Shown here: positions 55,688-61,990 of the stretch, in pieces | Layout: each line of letters opens with the position of its first letter | Numbering within the stretch: the stretch's first letter is position 1 | Virus record (IMG/VR): IMGVR_UViG_3300028549_000563 | Location: 1-64,000 of that record | Direction: 5' to 3' (one strand) | Source: a virus | Length of the DNA: 64,000 nt | Translations under genes and position numbers: made by a program | The notes under the pieces: model-generated | What the model was told of the DNA's origin: nothing | Database searches by the model: none | What the model saw: only the letters and a program-made list of their open reading frames with translations

Positions 55688-55703
55688 TTAGGAGGAATTT
55701 AAA

Positions 55704-55863
55704 ATGAAAAAAAAATTCTTTTGAAGAAGAATTACAAAGATTTGATGTAGAAGTAAAAAATACCAATGATGAATTAGACATCAAACTCAGAATTAGTAGA
55801 TATGCAACTTGCACTTGCTGTAAAGATTCAGCTAAGTGTAACGGAAACAGTAGGGTGCACTGA
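55704..55863 (+). pseudogene. Cys-rich small ORF whose body is out of frame with its ATG across an A9 tract
   Basis: SD GGAGGA, then ATG 55704, then A9 (55707-55715), giving MKKKFF-stop. The +1 frame is open 55708-55863 (..ATCTCCKDSAKCNGN..) and has no in-frame ATG. Confidence 0.45.
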
Positions 55864-55916
55864 TAGTGTATGCTATCAAGAAAAATTTGACCATTGTAAG
55901 AGAGGGAGGTTTAAAA

Positions 55917-56369
55917 ATGAATTATATAAAAGAATTCATTAATGATAATCCATTAGACATTTTAAAAAATGCAATTCTTAAAAGAGATTTAATTATTTCC
56001 AAAATAATTAAATCTCTCTTAGAAGAAGTCAATATCCAAAATTATAGTGGTCACTCAATTGATTCTGATAATGATAATTTGGCTATATTTTTAAAAATAG
56101 AGCAACCGTCAGATGAATTATTAAAAGTGAAAAAGCTATTAATTAAAAGAGGCTCCGAATATAATAATGAAATTAATTCTTTAATTGTATTACCAAAAGA
56201 ATTAAATTTCATAAAAGAATTAGCAGTAGATGGTTTAGAAATATCAACTATTATTGTTTCTACGATGGAAAAACCACCATCTAATATTCGCAATTACTAT
56301 TTAAGAATACGTAATATATCATTAGTAAAATTTATCGAATATGCATTCGATAATATCAAGGAGGTATAA
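55917..56369 (+). CDS. hypothetical protein
   Basis: SD GGGAGG before ATG 55917, in frame with track ORF 55866. Confidence 0.5.
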   Translation: MNYIKEFINDNPLDILKNAILKRDLIISKIIKSLLEEVNIQNYSGHSIDSDNDNLAIFLKIEQPSDELLKVKKLLIKRGSEYNNEINSLIVLPKELNFIKELAVDGLEISTIIVSTMEKPPSNIRNYYLRIRNISLVKFIEYAFDNIKEV

Positions 56370-56374
56370 ATAAA

Positions 56375-56880
56375 ATGATAACGACACATTTAACAGGACA
56401 CATGTATCGCAATTCGCCATATGAAACTGATAGTTCATGTGGAAATTGTAATGGGCAAGATGCGAAACCTGCACCAAAATATTCAAAGTCAATGGATTCA
56501 ATAATAAATTTGATTCTATTGATAATGCAAAAAGATACGAAGAATCAATACACGCATTAATCCCAGAATGGGATACACATCGATATTTTGATGTAGATTT
56601 TAACAGATTCTTTATTAAAGATAAAGAATTACATGTTTTGGTATCTGCTAGATCTACAGAAAAATGCATTGAAATAAAATGCAATGTAACCAATTCAGAT
56701 ACTTATAAAGAGATTTATAAGGAAGCTGAAAAACGTAGACTTAGATATGAAGCTTGCGTATGCACAGACAAAGATTCTGAAGAAGAATACGAATGCTGTA
56801 AATGTGTAGGTTGCACCGATAGTTCTTGTTATTATGAAATGATAGATGGTAAAAGAACTAAAAAGAAATGGTATATGTAA
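56375..56880 (+). pseudogene. Cys-rich protein gene with an internal frameshift near 56450-56456
   Basis: The frame-2 ORF (..SSCGNCNG) and frame-1 ORF (open from 56452: ARCETCTKIF...CCKCVGCTDSSC) join into CGNCNGARCETC if one G of the GGG run is removed. The downstream part has no ATG. Confidence 0.45.
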
Positions 56881-57042
56881 TAGCATAGTGTCAGGCATTT
56901 ACAAACCTAATAATATAATTAGGTGTAAGAGCCCATCTTAAACCATTGTCTGACACTATATTATTTATAAATGTATTTACTCTGATATAATGCAGAAATG
57001 TATTATGTTAGAGATAAGTATATTTGCGTACTTAATAAACCA

Positions 57043-57094
57043 ATTTTGCTATGATCCCGAAGATCTATAGCACACTTTTAAGGAGGACTTTAAA
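57043..57094 (+). repeat. 52-nt hairpin-plus-SD leader element, copy 2
   Basis: Same as 55312-55363 apart from one C/T difference. Confidence 0.8.
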
Positions 57095-57096
57095 TT

Positions 57097-57252
57097 ATGA
57101 AAAGAACAATGAATGCAATTGATATGACTGTGACTGTAGTATCTTCAAAACCTGAATCAGATCTAAAAGATGAGTTTAGAAAACTAGTCGCTATTAAATT
57201 AGCGATTATGGCATCAAAAGAACGTAATAATGGCATGTCAATAATATTATAA
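57097..57252 (+). CDS. hypothetical 51-aa protein (not in ORF track)
   Basis: ATG 57097 behind leader copy 2; translation MKRTMNAIDMTVTVVSSKPESDLKDEF... Confidence 0.45.
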   Translation: MKRTMNAIDMTVTVVSSKPESDLKDEFRKLVAIKLAIMASKERNNGMSIIL

Positions 57253-57267
57253 GAAGGAGATAATAGA

Positions 57268-57405
57268 ATGGCAACTTACATTAGATATGAAGGACGAGTG
57301 ATGAGCATAGAGGAAATAGATATCCTCTATGCTAAATTATTTGCAGATAACAATGAATCAGATAATGAATATACCGAGGAGGTGGATGATGTTACTGTCC
57401 ACTAA
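57268..57405 (+). CDS. hypothetical 45-aa acidic protein (not in ORF track)
   Basis: SD GAAGGAGA 8 nt before the ATG. Confidence 0.4.
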   Translation: MATYIRYEGRVMSIEEIDILYAKLFADNNESDNEYTEEVDDVTVH

Positions 57406-57568
57406 GATTCTAATATTACTTATTGCAACATCGACACTAATCATTTTACTAATCGGAATATTAATTTATGGTATAATAACTGAAATTATAATTCCAAGAT
57501 TAAGAATATCCAGAATTAGATATATTTACTATATCTGTAAAAATGGATACACCAAAAGGAGAAGATAA
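57386..57568 (+). CDS. small single-pass membrane protein
   Basis: SD GAGGAGGTGG before ATG 57386; ILILLIATSTLIILLIGILIYGII followed by a basic tail. Confidence 0.45.
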   Translation: MMLLSTKILILLIATSTLIILLIGILIYGIITEIIIPRLRISRIRYIYYICKNGYTKRRR

Positions 57569-57570
57569 AA

Positions 57571-57741
57571 ATGGACACTACAGCAATGGATAAAATTATT
57601 AAAGAATGTGAAGAGATGGCTAATAGACCAATTGGTCGTAAATCTGCAAAGATGCAAGAATATGATAATCAATTAGCTAATCTTACACTTGGTTTCAATA
57701 AAGTAACATCCGAATTAAATCGTATGTTAATAAAGAGATAG
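57571..57741 (+). CDS. hypothetical 56-aa protein (not in ORF track)
   Basis: SD AAAGGAGA; terminator follows. Confidence 0.45.
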   Translation: MDTTAMDKIIKECEEMANRPIGRKSAKMQEYDNQLANLTLGFNKVTSELNRMLIKR

Positions 57742-57766
57742 GTATTTCCTATCTCTTTATTTTTTA
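57732..57766 (+). terminator. hairpin terminator
   Basis: aaagagatagg / cctatctcttt followed by a T-run. Confidence 0.75.
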
Positions 57767-57817
57767 TAGAATCTAGTGTCAACTTGTAAATAACCAAAAA
57801 TAAAAAGGAGAATGTAT

Positions 57818-58078
57818 ATGATGTCAACAATATTAGTATATTCAACAACTGATTGTGTAAATTGTAAACGACTTGAACATTATTTGGATAGTAAGGGGAT
57901 CGATTACAAAATAGTAAATATTGACGATGATCCAGTAGAAAGAAGCTTTCTATTAAATGATCTTAAGGTTAGAAGTGTTCCCGTATTGTATAATAGCAAT
58001 ACACGTAACTATACTATAGGTTATGACGGATCCAAAGTGACACAGGATAAAATAGACAATCTGATTATAGATTTATAA
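57818..58078 (+). CDS. NrdH/glutaredoxin-like redoxin
   Basis: ILVYSTTDCVNCKRL (CxxC) ... RSVPVL; SD AAGGAG 7 nt before ATG 57818. Confidence 0.6.
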   Translation: MMSTILVYSTTDCVNCKRLEHYLDSKGIDYKIVNIDDDPVERSFLLNDLKVRSVPVLYNSNTRNYTIGYDGSKVTQDKIDNLIIDL

Positions 58079-58085
58079 AAAACAA

Positions 58086-58130
58086 AAGGGATGGTTGCCG
58101 TTAGGCAACCATCTTCTTTATTATTTTTTC
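58086..58130. terminator. bidirectional terminator
   Basis: gatggttgcc / gtta / ggcaaccatc followed by a T-run. Confidence 0.75.
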
Positions 58131-58324
58131 TTTTTAAAATGTAAATAAATATCAGAAAGCTTTTTTTCAATAATCTCGTTATCATCATAAACTCTTTTAC
58201 CATTGATATGACTAGTATCTCTAAGCGCCGGGGCACTACTGGTATACATCGCACCAGTTCCAGTTTTTACTAAATACATATTACCAGGTAATCTAAATAC
58301 ATTAGCTTCTAACATCTTAATCAA
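58121..58324 (-). CDS. hypothetical small protein
   Basis: 67-aa ORF, SD GGGAGGT. Confidence 0.4.
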   Translation of the reverse strand: MIKMLEANVFRLPGNMYLVKTGTGAMYTSSAPALRDTSHINGKRVYDDNEIIEKKLSDIYLHFKKKK

Positions 58325-58346
58325 ATACCTCCCATAAAAATTTTAA

Positions 58347-58568
58347 TTATTTTATATTATCAATACCAAAGAACTTTTCAGTTAATAATATCAATGTAGC
58401 TGGAGTATACATATTGATATAAATATTATGCAATGCGGCATATGCAAAAGGTTTACCTTCACGCATTCTAAGTTGCATTGTTCTTAATAGTATGTTACTC
58501 ATAGCAGTATATCCAGATTTTAAAAATATATTAACCATAATGCTATGAGTTTTATAATTTATAATCAT
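58347..58568 (-). CDS. hypothetical small protein
   Basis: 73-aa ORF, SD GGGAGG 8 nt upstream. Confidence 0.45.
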   Translation of the reverse strand: MIINYKTHSIMVNIFLKSGYTAMSNILLRTMQLRMREGKPFAYAALHNIYINMYTPATLILLTEKFFGIDNIK

Positions 58569-58581
58569 TTGATGTTCCTCC

Positions 58582-60666
58582 CTATAGGTTAATCACGTTA
58601 GTATAATTTATAGATTTGTTAACTAATTTAATTCCTAACGATTCTAATATAGATGAAAAGTTAGTAAGGTTATCATTTATAATAGTATTATAATCTATAA
58701 ATTCAAGTACCCAATCTGGAGTTGTAGTATTCAGCGGAATAGCTATAGCATTACAGTTTTTAAATTTATCATCACTCTTAAATAATTCAAGTATTCTTTG
58801 ATAAAGTTCTGGATATTTATCTATAACGCATTCTGCTGTTTTTGGTGTTAGATTAATTTTGACAATATCTATAGCATTTCTTATATTCATGTCTATAGCT
58901 TCATCCTTTGGATCTCTAAGTATATTCCATACTAGCGAAGCCTTTATTCCAGCAGACCTCATAGGATCATCATAATTACTTAATGACTTTATAGTAGCTG
59001 GCTTATAGAAGTCTTTGCTTTTATTCGATAATGAGTTAAAGATATCTTTCTCTACCACCATAAGCTTTCTTATGACCTTTGTAGGACTCATGTTAGGATC
59101 TTTTAATATATCATCGTATAAAATAGCTTGTAATGCTTTTTGTGTAGTTTCATTAACAGAAGCCTTATCAATTGTCATTCCTTTTATATCTAGTAAATTA
59201 TCTACTTTTACTCCTTCTTGTAGTTCTACAATAGAAGCATAGTTTTTCTTACCAGCAACAAGCAATAACGTTTTAAATAAGAATTCATTCTTCATATTTA
59301 ATTTACAAACTTTACCGGGACGATATGTACCAGTACATTTTGTATATTCTACCATTGCACTATTAACCATCTTATTCAAACAAAATGCTAATATATTAAT
59401 TATAGAATATCTTAATCCATCTTCTGCTAATATAGTTTCTTCGTCAAGAGATCTTCTTATCTCTAATATCTCATCATTAACGATATCATATTCTCTATCT
59501 ATCTTTTCTAATGTAAATGGAACATAGGAATCTACCTCATTACCATCAATATTTACTGTAAATTTAAGGTCATGATTTTTTATTTCCATTGGAATATCTA
59601 ATGTTCTCTCTCTCCAATATTTAAACCAAGGATCCAAAACAACTATATTAGAGTCTGTATCAATGATAGCTGTAACCTTTCTTGGAAGATATGTAAGTCT
59701 GTCTATTCTATCTATATAACCATGATTATAGAATACATACTCCTCTAACAATTCCCAGAATACTTCTAGTTCCACGCTTATCTCTTCTGGTATCTCATTA
59801 GGATTTAGATAAGGAGATTCTAGCATAGTTAATAATTTTATCATTGCAGTTTCCATAGAACTATTTTTCATAAATGCAAATAAATTACTTTTATAGAATA
59901 GTCTATTAAGATCTGTTTGTCCTAATTGGCACAACATCATCCATACAATAACTAAATCATCTTCTGTAGGTAAATAACCATGTCCACATGTTTCTATCAA
60001 TTTTTCAAATACTATATCTCTAGAGATATCAGTATCTAGTATATTATGATCGAAAAATTGTCTTTTCTCTTCTATTACATTAGTTATATATTTAGTAATC
60101 TCGTTTAATCTTCGGAACTTAACATTATTCGCTAAAAACGATTCGAAAGCCATAGCAGCTACAGATATAGCACTTTGTCCAGCTGATGTTATACTAGCGG
60201 CAACATTAAGATTATAGAATAAACACGATGCATTTCCAATTGCTCCATATGTACCATTAGCATCAACTTTAGAAAGTGTCTGAAGTAGGTTATAATGATT
60301 AAACATATCTGAACCTTTTGGATATGTAAACATTGTCTTTTTATGAATTTTACGTTCTGCTAAGAATTTACTTACCGTCAATTTAACAAGAAGATTTTCT
60401 TCTTCTTCAGGTTTCTTAAACATAACTCCAAATGGTGTTACTATAGGATCCCTAGATAATATATATTCCATAGTATCTAGTAATGTGCTATCTATATTTT
60501 TATCTTTATATTTATTCTCTAATATAACTGCACTGTTTTTCATTTTACCAATCATTACACATTCTATAGCCTCTATAATTTTATCTGTAGTGGCTTCTGG
60601 GAATGCTAATCTCATAACTGTAAGCATCTCATCTTTAAATATTTGCATTATTCTGTATTCATTCAT
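58582..60666 (-). CDS. family-B DNA polymerase, C-terminal fragment (fingers, palm motif C, thumb)
   Basis: KVDANGTYGAIGN...AASITSAGQ (motif B), AIIDTDSNIV (motif C DTDS), GKKNYA (KKxY). Confidence 0.85.
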   Translation of the reverse strand: MNEYRIMQIFKDEMLTVMRLAFPEATTDKIIEAIECVMIGKMKNSAVILENKYKDKNIDSTLLDTMEYILSRDPIVTPFGVMFKKPEEEENLLVKLTVSKFLAERKIHKKTMFTYPKGSDMFNHYNLLQTLSKVDANGTYGAIGNASCLFYNLNVAASITSAGQSAISVAAMAFESFLANNVKFRRLNEITKYITNVIEEKRQFFDHNILDTDISRDIVFEKLIETCGHGYLPTEDDLVIVWMMLCQLGQTDLNRLFYKSNLFAFMKNSSMETAMIKLLTMLESPYLNPNEIPEEISVELEVFWELLEEYVFYNHGYIDRIDRLTYLPRKVTAIIDTDSNIVVLDPWFKYWRERTLDIPMEIKNHDLKFTVNIDGNEVDSYVPFTLEKIDREYDIVNDEILEIRRSLDEETILAEDGLRYSIINILAFCLNKMVNSAMVEYTKCTGTYRPGKVCKLNMKNEFLFKTLLLVAGKKNYASIVELQEGVKVDNLLDIKGMTIDKASVNETTQKALQAILYDDILKDPNMSPTKVIRKLMVVEKDIFNSLSNKSKDFYKPATIKSLSNYDDPMRSAGIKASLVWNILRDPKDEAIDMNIRNAIDIVKINLTPKTAECVIDKYPELYQRILELFKSDDKFKNCNAIAIPLNTTTPDWVLEFIDYNTIINDNLTNFSSILESLGIKLVNKSINYTNVINL

Positions 60667-60777
60667 AGTAGTTACCCTCCTAATTATATTATTATTCTAA
60701 AGTTAACTATAGTATTAAATCCTATAATGATCTATATATGTATATACATGATTTGTAATACATTATATTTTCAAACA

Positions 60778-60792
60778 TATATTATAGTCATG
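60778..60792 (+). promoter_or_regulatory. TATATTATA-N3-ATG promoter-like box
   Basis: tatattatagtcatg, in the divergent region. The minus strand reads tatattata at 60795-60803, facing the DNAP C-fragment. Confidence 0.45.
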
Positions 60793-60849
60793 AATATAAT
60801 ATATTATTATATTCAAGTATTACCAAGTAGTTATTTTAAGGAGGAATTT

Positions 60850-61023
60850 TATGGTAGGTACTCTTAGTAAAAAAGAATTTGCAATAAAACTGATTAATAG
60901 CTTAGATATTAATGCTGTTAAAGTATTTTTATCAATGTTATCGCAACAACAAGATAGTTCTGAATTGGCTGCAGAACTATTTGAGGAATGTGGGTTACAT
61001 AATGAAGGAGGAAATGAATGTTA
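60850..61023 (+). CDS. hypothetical 57-aa protein (not in ORF track)
   Basis: SD AAGGAGG 7 nt before ATG 60850. Confidence 0.45.
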
Positions 61024-61275
61024 AATTATTTAGAAGAACGATTAGGGCTAGAAATGATCAATCGACCCACAGTAGGATCTACAGTATTATTAAAAATTAT
61101 CGGTTTTAATAATATAGGTTTATTATTAACTAATAATAATGTTGATGGGGAAGTAGTTGTACCCTGTGATATAAAAGATAACGCTATTACAAATATGCGT
61201 TTTAAAGAAATGCAGACTTTTGAAAATATTGATGATCTTGAAAAGATTATTAATATTTTAAAAGAAAAGAATTAA
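61018..61275 (+). CDS. hypothetical protein
   Basis: SD GAAGGAGG before ATG 61018. Confidence 0.5.
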   Translation: MLNYLEERLGLEMINRPTVGSTVLLKIIGFNNIGLLLTNNNVDGEVVVPCDIKDNAITNMRFKEMQTFENIDDLEKIINILKEKN

Positions 61276-61298
61276 TACTCTAATACATCTCTAAACCA

Positions 61299-61333
61299 TA
61301 AAGTAGGTTATTAAATACCTACTTTATTTTTTG
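61299..61333 (+). terminator. hairpin terminator
   Basis: taaagtaggt / acctacttta followed by a T-run. Confidence 0.7.
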
Positions 61334-61340
61334 TAGCATT

Positions 61341-61352
61341 AACATATAATTA
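61341..61352 (+). promoter_or_regulatory. AACA-N6-TA promoter-like motif
   Basis: aacatataatta (the same 12-mer as at 17753 and 17774), 49 nt before ATG 61401. Confidence 0.45.
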
Positions 61353-61400
61353 AAAATAAATCATTATGTTTATTAATAAAAGTCTAAGGAGGACAATGAT

Positions 61401-61847
61401 ATGTCAGTATTTGGTAGTGGTAGTGTTAATAATCAACCAGATTTAGTGTTAGAAGATGTAGAAGAGAAAGTGCTTCAGTCTATAGTTATGGCAGAAATAA
61501 CTGCTGGTCTTAATGAAGAAGAAATGGGCGCGTTCTTAGAATCAGAAGAATATGCTGTTTTAGCAGAAGCTAATAGATTCAAAAAGAATACTTTAATCCG
61601 TTTAAACAAATCTGATGATTTGGAAAGACGTACAAGTATGGCAGCTTTAGCTTTAGCTAAAGAGTCGAATTCTACTGCATACAAGCAGTATGAAAAGTAT
61701 ATGAAGTTAGCTAAAAAAGCTAAGAAACAAATACTTTTAAAATATGATAGCAAAGGCGAGCGTATTGCTAAAAAAGCTCAACAAGTGTTTATTAAGAATC
61801 CAGGCCTCGAAATGACTGCAGAGAAATTCAAATCTGCTAAAGCGTAA
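61401..61847 (+). CDS. hypothetical basic/helical protein
   Basis: 148-aa ORF, SD AAGGAGG. Confidence 0.55.
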   Translation: MSVFGSGSVNNQPDLVLEDVEEKVLQSIVMAEITAGLNEEEMGAFLESEEYAVLAEANRFKKNTLIRLNKSDDLERRTSMAALALAKESNSTAYKQYEKYMKLAKKAKKQILLKYDSKGERIAKKAQQVFIKNPGLEMTAEKFKSAKA

Positions 61848-61859
61848 ATAAAAAAAGAA

Positions 61860-61898
61860 AAGTAATGGGGCGACCCATTACTTCTCTTTTTGTTTTTT
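61860..61898 (+). terminator. hairpin terminator
   Basis: aagtaatggg / gcga / cccattactt followed by a T-run. Confidence 0.75.
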
Positions 61899-61903
61899 AA
61901 TTA

Positions 61904-61918
61904 TATATTATATTAATG
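61904..61918 (+). promoter_or_regulatory. TATATTATA-N3-ATG promoter-like box
   Basis: tatattatattaatgtagata, upstream of RNAP beta-prime C; near-identical to the 20536 copy. Confidence 0.5.
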
Positions 61919-61990
61919 TAGATACTTGATTTTAGAATCTTATAGTATCACTAACTTACTATTAATAAGACAAGATGGAGGGTTAATATA

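Noticed and set aside
42155-60666. Split intein or intron as the explanation for the two DNA polymerase fragments
   Set aside because: The fragments are on opposite strands 14 kb apart. Each has its own SD and stop, and no Cys/Ser...His-Asn intein junction residues are present at the break.
60912-61109. 65-aa track ORF
   Set aside because: It overlaps two SD-supported ORFs (60850-61023 and 61018-61275) in another frame and has no SD of its own.
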